From positions 53,382,001 to 53,446,000 of the forward strand of contig OZ024749.1 in NCBI GenBank assembly GCA_964016885.1: a DNA stretch of 64,000 bases, given 5' to 3'. The position numbers and the translations under genes are program-made. This DNA is from Eledone cirrhosa (taxonomy: Eukaryota). This document shows positions 40,139-52,247 of this stretch, piece after piece; within the stretch, counting starts at the first letter, position 1, and each line of letters begins with the position of its first letter. A model generated the notes under the pieces. The model had not been told where the DNA came from and did no database searches. It was given only the letters and a program-made list of their open reading frames with translations.

Positions 40139-42649
40139 CCCTTTCGTTACCAAACCGCCAAAAGCCGCCCGAAAAAAATTTTGGTTCATGTGACCAAGCT
40201 GCCCAAAACCGCCCGTACTCACACATTCATACTTAAATGAGAATATTAGAGCAAATCTCGTTAGTACATTCGTGAAAACACGTGATTATACTACGTAAAC
40301 AATTGAGCTACAGTTTTGGACAAATATCGATGTGTTATTTTAATTCTGTGAATTTTGCGAGATTTTTTTCCAAATTTGTTCCTGTTGTGTTTTGAAAATT
40401 TGTAATTCTAACAAAAAATGGATACCAATTTCATTCAGTCAAGCAGCGATTCAGAATTCGAAGGATTTTCTACTGAAGACCTTGAAAAATCTAACTCTAT
40501 AACTGAAAAAAAAAAAGCACGTGGTATTTGATAATGAATCCGATGTTTCATTTTCCGAAGGTGAAAACAGTGAATCCGAGAGCTCCGATGACAGTGATAA
40601 AGAAAATGAATTGGCACCTGAATGGAGTAAAAATTTAAAAACCGTTTCTTTCAGTGATGTTTATGAAGAAACTGGACCAAGTTACAGTCTATCCCAGGAG
40701 AGCAAAGCTTTAGACTATTTCCTTTTACTTTTTCCTATGAGCTTGTTTGAAATTATTACGGCGGAAACAAACCGTTACACTGAAAGTAAACAAAGCGAAA
40801 AAAAGGATAGTTTGTGGTTTCCCACAAGCTTAAATGAAATTAGGGCTTATTTTGCCATAAATATTATTATGGGCATTAGAAAGCTACCCAGAATTACAAA
40901 TTACCGGAGTAATGATGAACCCTTTGGAGACGAATATGTCTCAAGTATAATGACGAGGACACGGTTTTTAAAATTGACGCAGTATTTACATGTAAGAGAC
41001 ACGAACAGTACACCAGTACGTGGAGAACCAAACTATGATCCCTTATTTACAATAAGACCCCTCATTGATTGTGTTCAAAACACATAAAACAATTTACAAA
41101 CCAGGGAGATATTTATCTATCGATGAGGATATGGTGGGCTATAAAGGCCGAGTGCGTTTTCGACAATATATGCCAGGAAAGCCCACAAAATGGGGTTTCA
41201 AAGTTTGGAAGATTTGCGAATCGAATACTGGGTACTGCTCTGGATTTGAATTTTATACTGGCAAAAGAGACAATTATGTAAGTCAGCATGGCCTAGGGTA
41301 TGATGTGGTCTGGAATTTATCACTTCCATACCATAACCAGGGCCGTATATTATTTTTTTACCGGTTTTTCAGTTCGGTCAAACTTGCGGAGAATTTAGAT
41401 ACTGTTGCAACACATACATGTGCTACAGTGATCGCTAATAGAAAAGGACCGCCATTGGAGATAAAAAAAGCAAAATAAAATAAAAAATGGTGAAATAATT
41501 CAACGGCAGAAAGGAAATTTGCTAGCGACCGCATACAGAGATAAGAGGCAGATCAATTTTCTGTCCACCTGTGCACGGCCACATGTGGATGAAAATGGCA
41601 CCCCATTTGTGAATCTCGATTATAACAGGTACATGGGAAGTGTAGATCGGAAGAATCAGATGATGTCTTATTATCCAGTTGGCAGATCGGGGAATAAATG
41701 GTGGCGATACCTTGTTTGGTATATAGTAAATATGAGTATTACTAATGCATTTATACTATATACCAAATCGGGACCGGCTCGAAAGCAATGCGACCATCTG
41801 CAGTTCCGAGCAGCAACACAATTAAGAGCTGATTATTCCTCAAAAAAAATAAAATAAAACTGTAGGGAGAAAAAACAAAGCCTGCCAGAGAGATATCCCT
41901 CTGAATTCAGCCGATCTCCATAAATTAGGGAAAAAAAAAAAAAAAAAAATCGAGGGTCGCAAAAGCCAGTGTCATGAATGCCTTCATCAAAAAAGGAAAG
42001 CTCCTAGTGGAAGGTCTGTTGAAACAACTTTCCAATGTGCATTCTGCAAGGTTGCATTATGTAGAGCAGGGTGCTTTACAAGTTTTCATGATAGGAATAT
42101 TGTTTGATTTGTATATATGTGTGATTTGATTTTATTAATATTTTCAAATTTACTTCATTTTTATTTTTATTTGTGTAATTTTAATTTACCTGTAAGGTGA
42201 GCGACGAGTCTTGATTAATTTCTTTTGTAAATCATTATTGTATATTTCTGCATATCTATGTATGTGGGAGAGCTTATTTAATCTAGTTGATGGTGTGTGT
42301 GTATTTTGTTTTTTAGTTTTCTTCAGACAAATTCCAGTCTTTCGTTTTATTTATACCTTTATGGTACACCTGTCTTTTGTGTGTTTAAATTCACCTGATA
42401 AATCCAGTAGTGTGCACATTGTTGAATTTACCTGTATTTACCTGTAATTAGAGTCACTTTGAGACAAAAATTATGGAATAGAATTGGTTGAGAACCGTTC
42501 GTTAAATTTTCTTCCAAAAATCACATCAATATGTTGATAAATAAAAAAGTTAGAGTTGTTTAATGAAACCAGACTAAATTTATGCTTGTTAGAAATTAAT
42601 TGAAACACATAAGGGGTGTATTTTGGTTAGAAATATGGTAACGAAAGGG
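40139..42649 (+). mobile_element. Full-length piggyBac DNA transposon in an FMR1 intron (antisense)
   Basis: TTAA TSD on both sides; perfect 14-bp TIR CCCTTTCGTTACCA/TGGTAACGAAAGGG. Confidence 0.95.
40418..42107 (+). pseudogene. piggyBac (PGBD4-like) transposase, frameshifted
   Basis: SIDEDM, KPTKWGFK, FFYRFFSSV (second catalytic D reads Y), YNRYMGSVDRKNQ, C-terminal CxxC..CxxC..LC..C..FH; split over at least 4 ORF segments. Confidence 0.9.
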
Positions 42650-42839
42650 TTAAAGTTAAAATATTACACGTGTCTTCAACATTTCTAACATTAATGAACC
42701 TCATAATGAAATATTAAGTCTATTGTAATATGGTTATTTTGTGCAATGGTCATATCACTTTATATTAAGAATGTAATTAGATTTTTCTTTTTGATTTTGC
42801 ATGAAGAAAAATTAAATAAAAAAAAAAAGCATTAAATAC

Positions 42840-42866
42840 CTTGATGTGGGTCATGAGATAACCAGC
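42840..42866 (-). CDS. FMR1: Candidate 27-nt FMR1 microexon (GWLSHDPHQ)
   Basis: Long U-rich tract plus TCTCTAG acceptor, AAG|GTATTT donor; phase 1/1 matches both neighbouring exons; no stop. Confidence 0.55.
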
Positions 42867-42999
42867 CTAGAGAAAAATGAAAAATAAAATATAAGTAAAT
42901 TGAAATCTAAAATAAATTCTTCAATTTGTAACGTAAAACATTTATAGCTGCGTTAACAATAAAAGAAAATCTCCAACACAGAATCATCATCATATCATC

Positions 43000-43320
43000 A
43001 TTTTACGTCCGCTCTTCCCTGCTTGCAAGGGTGGGACGGGAACTGATTCTGGCTTGATTTCTATAGCTGGATGCCCTTCCTAAAACCAACCTTACAGTGA
43101 GTGATGGGTGCTTTTTTTCCGTGGCGCCTCCACAACCACTTTGCAGTGGAATGATAAGGACCCCAGTCCCTATCATCTCGTTTCTACAGCTGAGTAAACT
43201 GGAGCAATGTGAAATAAAGTGTCTTGCTCAAGGACACAACACATCACCTGGTCTGAGAATTGAACTCACAACTTTTCGATTGCAAGGCCAATGCTCTAAC
43301 CACTAAGCCATGTGCCTCTA
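43000..43320 (-). mobile_element. SINE family B (tRNA head, CORE-like body, RTE-like tail)
   Basis: Near-identical to 60917-61245 in opposite orientation. Confidence 0.85.
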
Positions 43321-43820
43321 GAAGTCAGACTATATTATATGATGTGGCAGTAAACGAAGTGGATCTGTAGTGAGTGAAGAGAAGTTGAATATGGTTTGTT
43401 GGAAGTAAGGATGGGTTGAATGTAAAATATATGGAAACAACTGGTTACTTAAAATACTGGTTAGTGTAAAGTAAAGACCATGAGCATCTACTGAAAATAG
43501 ATTGCATATACTTAGCTAAGTGAAGAAATAATATGTTGGAGATTAAAGTGATTTTTAGATCATGGAAGACATTGTAAAAAAACAGATTAGATTGGATTTG
43601 AAAATGTGGAATATTATGATGACTGATAACTAACCACTACGACCAGAACTAAGAATGTAAAGGGACGTAACTATATGCCACAAAACGTTGTTGAAAGCTC
43701 TACCAATTCTGCCAATCCAACACCCTTAAGTGTTAAGTAATAATGATTCATTTTTTTAAAATGAATAAAGTATTAATTTCTATTTCCCTTGCAAAACAAA
43801 AAACTCGAAGTAATTCTCAC

Positions 43821-43994
43821 CTGTATCTCTTGCAGAATTACTGTTGCCTCCGCGCCCTCGACCCCGACCCCGTTTGAAGCCACGTCCTCGACCACTTAAT
43901 ACACTATCTGTTAAATAACCAGCTTGACGACGTTCTTCTTCCACCACCTCTGCTGACCAGTCTGAGATTGGACGAGGAGACAATGGATCATCAC
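43821..43994 (-). CDS. FMR1: FMR1/FXR exon with SDWS motif and RGG box
   Basis: GDDPLSPRPISDWSAEVVEEERR...GRGRGFKRGRGRGRGG; 174 nt, phase 1/1, donor GTGAGA. Confidence 0.88.
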
Positions 43995-44039
43995 CTTCAA
44001 AGTAGAAAGAGTTACATGAAAGAAATAAAAAAAACTATA

Positions 44040-44276
44040 CAGCGGAACCTTGGTTCATACAATTTTTCTGAACATAAAACATCTCGGTTCACGAACATGC
44101 AAACCGGCAACAATGGTTTGTGACAAATTTGGAATATTGGCACCAAAGTGTCACTTGCTGTGTAATTAGTTACTATGGTGATATCTATCTGTCTTTCACA
44201 TACAGTCAACATTTTGTATGGGGAGAATAGTTTCAATTTACAAACGGCCTTCAGTTTGTGAGCCGAGGTTCCACTG
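44040..44276. mobile_element. pogo/Tigger-like MITE
   Basis: TA|CAGCGGAACCTTGGTTCATA...TGTGAGCCGAGGTTCCACTG|TA. Confidence 0.75.
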
Positions 44277-45068
44277 TATTAGCTAAAATAATCTGGAACT
44301 TTTTAAAACCTTGTTTTTCACAGAAAGAAATAGTTGAAACAACAGTTCACATAATTACGTGGCAAAGTTTTATAAGTTTTCTATAACACTGAATTATTTA
44401 GATTCAGCTTGTCGTGTATTCAAACTTTGGGTTAGTGGATCTATATATACTCTAGTTTAACCCTTTCATTACTATAAAGGATGATTTAAAAAATTTGATA
44501 TCATTTGAGATGTAAATATCCCAGAAACTACAAAGTCTAGAACAATGAGACAGAACAGGTTTAATGTTGAGCAACATAAGATTTATTCTTCAAAATTTGT
44601 CAATGTTATAAAAAGCTAACTCATAATATATATTTTAATGTGACAACCTGGGGAACAAGCCAATGATATTAATTTTTTGAAACATCCTGTATTTCTAATT
44701 AATGACACCGTCTTCAGATTTTGAAAATTCGAAGGGATTTCATAACAAACTTTCTTATTAAGCAGGAGTTTGGAACAAAGATTCTTGCATGATGGATGTA
44801 TTTTTTAGATAAATATGAATACTTTAAAACAAACAGCATTGTATCATAAAACCAGAGCCAGATTCAGATAGTTTAGTATCAGAAGAGTTAAGCAGAACAA
44901 GCAAGCAACATCACTTGGTCCAGTCGAGAATATTCACAAAAATGAAATTGATTCATCACATATTTTCTTTTAATTCATCCATCTATCATTACCTTGGAAA
45001 TCTCCGCAGTAGTCAGTCTGGTTGAGCTGATTTTTAAGGCTATCTTGGCTACTGGTTACTTATTACTT

Positions 45069-45245
45069 CATGCCACATGTCTAAACCATTGGAAGTGTAC
45101 CTCATACACACTACATGCCACATGTCTAAACCATTGGAAGTGTACCTCATACACACTACATGCCACATGTCTAAACCATTGGAAGTGTACCTCATACACA
45201 CTACATGCCACATGTTTAAACTATTGGAGGTGTACCTCATACATC
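45069..45245. repeat. 45-bp tandem repeat, about 4 units
   Basis: CATGCCACATGTCTAAACCATTGGAAGTGTACCTCATACACACTA units; the first three are identical. Confidence 0.9.
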
Positions 45246-46462
45246 CTTCCAATGATGGCTACTACTCACATGACTAGCTGCACAACTGGTGTACTGTAGT
45301 CTCTCTTAAGACTAGCTAGACACCTTATTTTTGTGAAATGTAGTGTCTATGTCCCCAGTTGCCCTGTCAACACGACTACTAGTACATTACTATCTTACAT
45401 ATATAGCTTTCACCTCATCTAAGATACTGTATTAAAATTTATCAAGCCAACATAAAATGGTGACGATGATGGTAATGTAGAAACAATCCCACCTATTGTG
45501 CATCAGAGACAAATCTATTTTAATATTCTTTATACAATTTAGTCAGAAGGAACAGCAACCATGACTTGTTTTCTTGGAATACAAGACTGGCAGGAGGGAA
45601 ATGGTGTTCATTAGCAGGTTGTTCTATTGAGAGATCACAGCTGTGATAGTCCAGACATGGTTAGAATGTCGTTAGAATGTCATTGAGAGATCACAGCTCC
45701 GATAGTCCAGACGTGGTTAGAATGTCGAGAGAGATCACAGCTGTGGTATTACATTTGTGTCAAAGACATGGCAACCTGTCTAGTAATTACTGATCTACAC
45801 AACAACCACCCAGTACTGTTACATGGTTGGTAATAGGAAGGGCATCCATCCATAGAAAACTTGTCTAACAAAGAGTGAGGAGGACTATTCTACCATGTCA
45901 AAGACACTGCAACCTTCCTAGTGTTTAGTGATAGGATGGGCATCCAGTCATAGAAAACTTGCTAAACAAAGGGTCGGAAGGACTCTTCAGCTGTGTCAAA
46001 GACAGGACAACCTCCATGATAAAATGCATTCAATTGAGCATGGAAATGTTTTGTAAGCAAGAAGCAAGGTCCACAGACCACCTGAGAGGTCAGTAGCTCT
46101 GCTTGAGTACTGACTCGGTCCAATCTTTGCAAGCAGGGAAAACAGGGATGTTACATGATGAAAAAAGATTGCAAATATTATCAGCAATATATAGAGATTT
46201 GTAAAGCAAGGAGCTGAATACATGAAATGTTTTTTTAATAAACACACAAACCATTCTAAATGTTAATGTCACAGCATGCTACTGCATCAACACCACCAAA
46301 GAGAAAAAAAAAAAAAGTAAATCTTCTAGAAAGATATTGAAAGTCACTTAAAATATACATTCATCTGAATATATATCAATTTAGATAAAGCAAGCACACA
46401 CACACACACAAGAGAAAATATACATATTCTAATAATCTATATTTCCTATCTAACATAATTAA

Positions 46463-47728
46463 CCCTTTAGTGTTCAAACCGCCCGAAACCAGCCGATAAC
46501 ACCCACACTAAAATATTGTTCTAAAAATAAACAAACCATCATCAAAATCTCGTCAATTCGAGATAACTGCGAGATTAGGCCCTTTCCACGAAAATTAACA
46601 CTTAATATAGTAAAACAACTTAAAACAACATGTGTTTTTTTCACGTTGAAAGTAGAACAGATTTTTTGTGTATCAACATGGCTTATGAAAGTAGCGATAC
46701 CGACTTTGAAGGTTTTACACACGACGACATTCAGAATGAACAAGAAACAAAAGATAATTGTTTCTACTATTGGCACAAGGCCAGCAATTACCCAGTACAT
46801 TACTGGTACTTTATTTTATCGACCCCGTAAGGATGAAAGGCAAAGTTAACCTTGGCAGGAAACAAAAGATAATATTAGTGATGTTTACATTTCTGAAATT
46901 TCATCTAACGACGATTGTTTTGAAAGTTGAAAACGAAGGAGATCTCCAGTACACCATTGAAAATATTACAGCAACATGGTTGAAAAATACCACACCAATA
47001 TATGTTCCCGATTTTATTCAAAATACTGGCCCACAACACACATTAGCTCCCGATGCTAAAGCACTGGATTATTTCTTTTTGTTTTTATCACAAACTTTCT
47101 TCGAAGTTGTGGCAGAGGAGATTAATCGATATGCCTAACAACAGATTTCAAATCGAGGAAAACCCAATCTGTTTGGTGACCGACAGATGCTGCAGAAATG
47201 CAAGCATTTTTTACCGTAAATATTATGCTCGGTTTAAAACAATTTCCAAGACTGGAATTACTGGAGCACTGATATAAGGTTTAGTGATCCTTATATATCA
47301 AGTATTATGCCGAAAACAACATATTTAAAATTAAACCAGTATTTGCACCTGGTTGATACTTCAAATGCCCTATTAATTAATTTCACCTGCCCATAAAAGT
47401 CAAATTTAACCAAAAAAAATCAGCTAAAATTATATAATTGTAAATTTTTGATATTTAAATATCTACTGACATAATTTCAAGCCTGCACATACAAAATTAA
47501 GAAAATTACAAACAAATAAAATTGATAACCCTTTTGAGTATGATTAACTCAAAATAATTGTTTCTACTTTAGGCACAAGGCCAGCAATTACCCAGTGCAT
47601 TACTGGTACTTTATTTTATCGACCCCGTAAGGATGAAAGGCAAAGTCAACCTCGGCGGGATTTGATTAACTCAAAATAATGCAAACAGATAAGCATGACA
47701 TTTGAAAATTAATGCAAATGCTAAAGGG
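46463..47728 (+). mobile_element. Internally deleted piggyBac carrying two nested family-A SINEs
   Basis: TTAA|CCCTTTAG...CTAAAGGG|TTAA; transposase N-terminal remnants (SDTDFEGF; KALDYFFLFL..EEINRYA); SINEs with TSDs GAAACAAAAGATAAT and TGATTAACTCAAAATAAT. Confidence 0.85.
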
Positions 47729-49895
47729 TTAAACACCAACTTCATTAGTGCAATTATTAATAAATATTTTTAAAATAAAGGATCCTCTATTTTACAGAAT
47801 TACTGAATCTACTTTCTGCCTAGAATTCTTTAATTCTCATCTAAGATGTAGGAATGACCAAATGGTTAAGAAGTTCACTTCACAACCATAGGGTTCCCAG
47901 TTCAATCCCATGGCATGCTATTTTAGGGCTGGTGTCTTTTTCACCATAGTTTCTTGTTGAACCAATCACTGTGGATGTAACTGGGCAGAGATGGAACCTG
48001 TTTAGAAGCCCATTGACTGAACTATTTCTGGGATTCAAAGGTCCCAATGAATCTACATAAATTATACTAACGATACACGTATCTGTGGAATAATCAGCTG
48101 ATAGAACAGGAACACTCAACGTAAATCAAGACTCAGCTCCTTTTACTTCACACTGTCACATCAAATCTACCAAAAGAATTACACTAAGGTTACACGTGTC
48201 TGTGGAATAAACAGACAAAGAAACAAGAACATTTGATAAAGATGAGCTCATTTTACTTTACTACTGTCATATGGACCAAAATATTACCAGTTTTTTTTTT
48301 TGGCATTTTTTTTTTAAATACTGTGAATGAAAACAATAAGAAAAAAAAAAAAAATCATCTAAAAATCTATTTCCTTATTGGAACATTCCAACAAGATGGT
48401 TCATTAGCAGAATTCCATATAAATTATATCATGAATTTGATCGAATCAATCGACTACATCCAACCTCACTTGCTTACAATGTTTCCATTGGTCTTTTCAT
48501 TGCTAATACGATCTACTGGTCACAACTGGCAGAAGTTCCAATTATGCATTCAAAGTGGGGTTGGAACTTGTCAAATCGGACCAAGGAAACAATGTTTCCA
48601 TTGCTGATACTATCTACCAGTTGCAATATTTGATATTAAAACCTAAACTTCTCTAATGGTGTTTTTAGTAGTTGTTTTTTTGTTTTTTTTTACAATAAAC
48701 CTATCTGACCCATTGAATTGCATCAATTAATGACAAGATTAAGATGTGTTGGATGGCAGTAAAGAAGGCCTGTCCACAACATGTGCCAGGCAATGGTGAA
48801 GCGAAAAAAGACATAAAACCATTGATAATGACTGAATGAATGTATTTTATTAGGTTGATTTTTTTTTTTGTAATGCTTAACAGAAAATATGCAGTCCATT
48901 GCACATAGAGTAAAGTAATTATGCTGTCTCCCAAAAATGCAACCATCAAACTTGATTAAGATGTTGAAATAATGAAAAACTTGACCAATGTCACTTCAAA
49001 TTGATCTTTTCTATATAAGAATTGTGGATTCCTGAGGAGAAAAATCATTGAGAAAATAGGCAAGATTGAAATAAAAAAAAAATCTATATTGTGTGATTGA
49101 TAAATTAAATTTGAAATAGACTGACTTTCAGATACACAAAAATCTATGCATTATAAAACTCTAAAACATCTATTTGAGCTGATTAAATAAAGACTATATT
49201 AAATAGTTTGACTGAAAATAGAGGTTTAAGAAACTAAGACAGAGGAAATTATATTAATGACTTCCTTATTTCAACTAATTATTGTAAATAAATATATAAC
49301 TGGTTTTGTTTTGTAATACACAATTATTTTCTTCATTAAATTATTCTAAAATTAAGCGTACTTGATACTCATCGATCTAGTTAAATTACAACTCAAGAAA
49401 AAACTAACTCCTATTGATTTAACATAATAAAAATGACTTGGGACTCTTTTTCAAATATTAATTTCAACTCTCAACATCCTGTATTGATTTTGCAGAAAAT
49501 AGACCCCCATCACAAAGAAAACCGAATTGAATTCAAATGTTTATAGTATATTTACTAGTGAACTGATTAGTTTGCTTCAGATTTTCACAACAAAGTAAAG
49601 ATTTTAATTTTTAATGTGATGCAGTTCTGTTTTGTACTGTTCAAGAATGTTTTGATAATGCAATTTCATGAGGTACAGGATGTTAAGAGTTAACACACAC
49701 AAAGGTCAAAGTTAAAATGTGAACATTCAAAATATTTCAATCTGAAACTTTTTAAAAAACAAGCAAAAAATGTTTTCAAATTTCCAAGGCAAGCATTGTA
49801 AAAGTAATTTTTTGAAGAAAAAAAAACAAACAAAAAAAAACAAAAAACAAATTTCCAGAATAAATGTAAATAAATTCAATACACATGCAACTTAC

Positions 49896-50017
49896 CTTGA
49901 TGATTGCCACTGTGTCGTTCATTTGCCCAACGTCTACCTACACGGCTCATGCCCCTCACACCACGCATTGGTGGACCACGTCCCCGTCTGTCATCATTAT
50001 ATGGGTCATTACTGCCC
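49896..50017 (-). CDS. FMR1: FMR1/FXR exon (RG-rich)
   Basis: GSNDPYNDDRRGRGPPMRGVRGMSRVGRRWANERHSGNHQ; 122 nt, phase 2/1, donor GTAAGT. Confidence 0.85.
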
Positions 50018-50146
50018 CTGGGAGGATAACAATGGAAACCCAACATAAAAGACAGTCATAATTAAAACAACCTCATCAACAAAACCAAAAATGTTTTCCC
50101 CATATCCTTAATGGCTGGACAGTATAATATAGCTAGCGGCCTAGCA

Positions 50147-50316
50147 CGAGGGTGGCCTGAAAAATTCATAGGCTGATTATGAAGGAGTGATGCTAGAGCT
50201 GTGAAATCTTAATAACTGCATTGTTTCTTTCCAAGGATTATGTTGAATAATAAACCTCATTTGGTCACTCCATGAGAGTATCTTGGTCAGCCTATCAACT
50301 TTTCAGCTGACCCTTG
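50147..50316. mobile_element. Mariner-type MITE (family of 7757, reverse orientation)
   Basis: Same TIRs and internal sequence, inverted. Confidence 0.75.
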
Positions 50317-51419
50317 TACATGCCTTAGTCTTGAATTCTGACAACATAACTGTCTTCTATTAGCTGTCAACAGTGTTTCACAAAGCATTGATTTGCTTAA
50401 AGTTTGTGTTGGGATTTTACAACAGGACACATCTATCCTGGGACTCCCTGTACTAAGGTATGAAGCTTCCACTTTTGTGCTGTGATTTGAGCCTTCATTG
50501 ATCGATCAAGATCCCAAACCTCATTCACTTACCGAGTGGGGTGGAATTCATCAAACTGGATCTAAGAAACAATGTTTCTATTGCTGATACTATCTCCCGG
50601 TCGCAACATACTCTAAAGCAATATTAAAATATACAATTAAGAAGTTAACATGAATCTTTTTATATATTTAATTTAGCTATATAATTCTCTCGATAACTGA
50701 ATTCTTAATTGACTATTTTTTTTTTAGGACCCTAGCTGAAGAAAGGTTGCCAAACAAAGGGTTGGTAGGAGCCTTCAGTTGTGTCAAAGACATGACAAAC
50801 TCTCCTGTCCTGAGCACTTGATCAAATATGAGACCATATGTAAGCGAGATGCAGTTCCCTGGCTTATCTGGAAGATCAGTGGCCCTGCTTCAGTACTGCC
50901 TTGGTTTAAATAGACCCATCCAACTCTTGCTAGTAAGGAAAGCAGACGTTAAAACGATGATGATGAATCTGATGCTAACAATAAGTCAAAATAAGCCACA
51001 AACTCATCTGTTAAACTAATAAACAGTTTATTCACCTGTGAACTGTTTACCTGGATAAAACTAACAGATTAATATCTATTACCTACCAAGATAGCCTAAT
51101 TTATTTTAAAGGTGGTCATTGCCAAGTACAAATACAGAAGCTAGAATAAGAAAAAATCCAAGCAAGAAACTACAATTGGCAACAAAATGAAAATAGCCAG
51201 TTGGATGTTATACAACATAATAAAGTGGTAAGACTCGATCACAGGATAAGCCTCATAAGACAAACAACAATATAGAGAGGTGGCAACATGCCATGCTGCA
51301 GACATGTCAGTATGGAAAAACAGATACTTAAATGATGCTAATACCTAAAAATTATCATTTACAGAAATGGTCTTTGAAGTAATGTCACTCAATAGAATGC
51401 ATAGCCCAGAGAGTCGCTA

Positions 51420-51690
51420 TTTCTCTAAATTGAGAGATCGCAATTCTGATACTATGGTCATGTGGTTAGAAAGTCTCAAGAAAGAATCACTGGACAGATT
51501 TTATAGGCAAAAACCAACTGGTAAGAGACTCAAGGGTAAACCCAGAGCAAGATGGTTGGATAACATCCATGAGCTCGGTTGGTCTTGCTTAGAGATCAAG
51601 CCAAATCAATTGTAGACGGTTGCTTCTGACAGGACCTGCTGGAAGAAGCATCTGAGGACTCTGCCCCCACGACCCTCCTTAGAATAAATA
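51420..51690 (+). mobile_element. RTE-type LINE 3' fragment
   Basis: KPTGKRLKGKPRARWLDNI matches the RTE C-terminal GKRPRGRPRxRWxD motif. Confidence 0.7.
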
Positions 51691-51746
51691 AGCAAAGGAA
51701 AGGAAGTATAAATGTTAACATTAAAAATATTTTTTTTAAACCGCAC

Positions 51747-51850
51747 CTTCTTTCCCTTGATTGTGGGTAATAAGGGCTTTGTTGAGGACCTGATAAATTC
51801 TTCAGCTGTTGATCAATTTCTAATTTTTCTTGCCGTAACTGTTCCACTTC
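51747..51850 (-). CDS. FMR1: FMR1/FXR exon (NES region)
   Basis: EVEQLRQEKLEIDQQLKNL; 104 nt, phase 0/2. Confidence 0.92.
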
Positions 51851-52160
51851 CTACAATGATAGTATAAATGATCGTTAATTGAAATGGTACAATTTCAGAA
51901 TCAAAAGAGCATTTTCTTCACACTTTTCAAAGCTATGCTACCCATTATTATATTTCTCAATTAAAGGAAAGACTGTTTTAGTTATATCTTTGCTTAAAGC
52001 TAAAGAGATTCTTTGTGTCATTTTGCAAACCAACTGCCGTATGATGTGGAAATTTGTTTAAAATTGATTATCTTCTCTCAATAAATTGGAAAAGTCCAAG
52101 TTAAATAAACAAAAAAGAAAAGTGTAGTAATGTTGCCAAATTTTTATAAGTATTACTTAC

Positions 52161-52247
52161 CCTTAAATGTGATAAATGAAATTCTAATAGAAGCTTTGCA
52201 TTGCTTATACTTTCTACAGTTCCTACAAAAATGAAAGGCACCTGACC
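52161..52247 (-). CDS. FMR1: FMR1/FXR exon (end of KH2)
   Basis: GQVPFIFVGTVESISNAKLLLEFHLSHLR; 87 nt, TTTCAG acceptor and GTAAGT donor. Confidence 0.93.

Noticed and set aside
40418-42107. Domesticated FMR1-piggyBac fusion (CSB-PGBD3 style)
   Set aside because: The transposase is antisense to FMR1, frameshifted and lacks a catalytic Asp.
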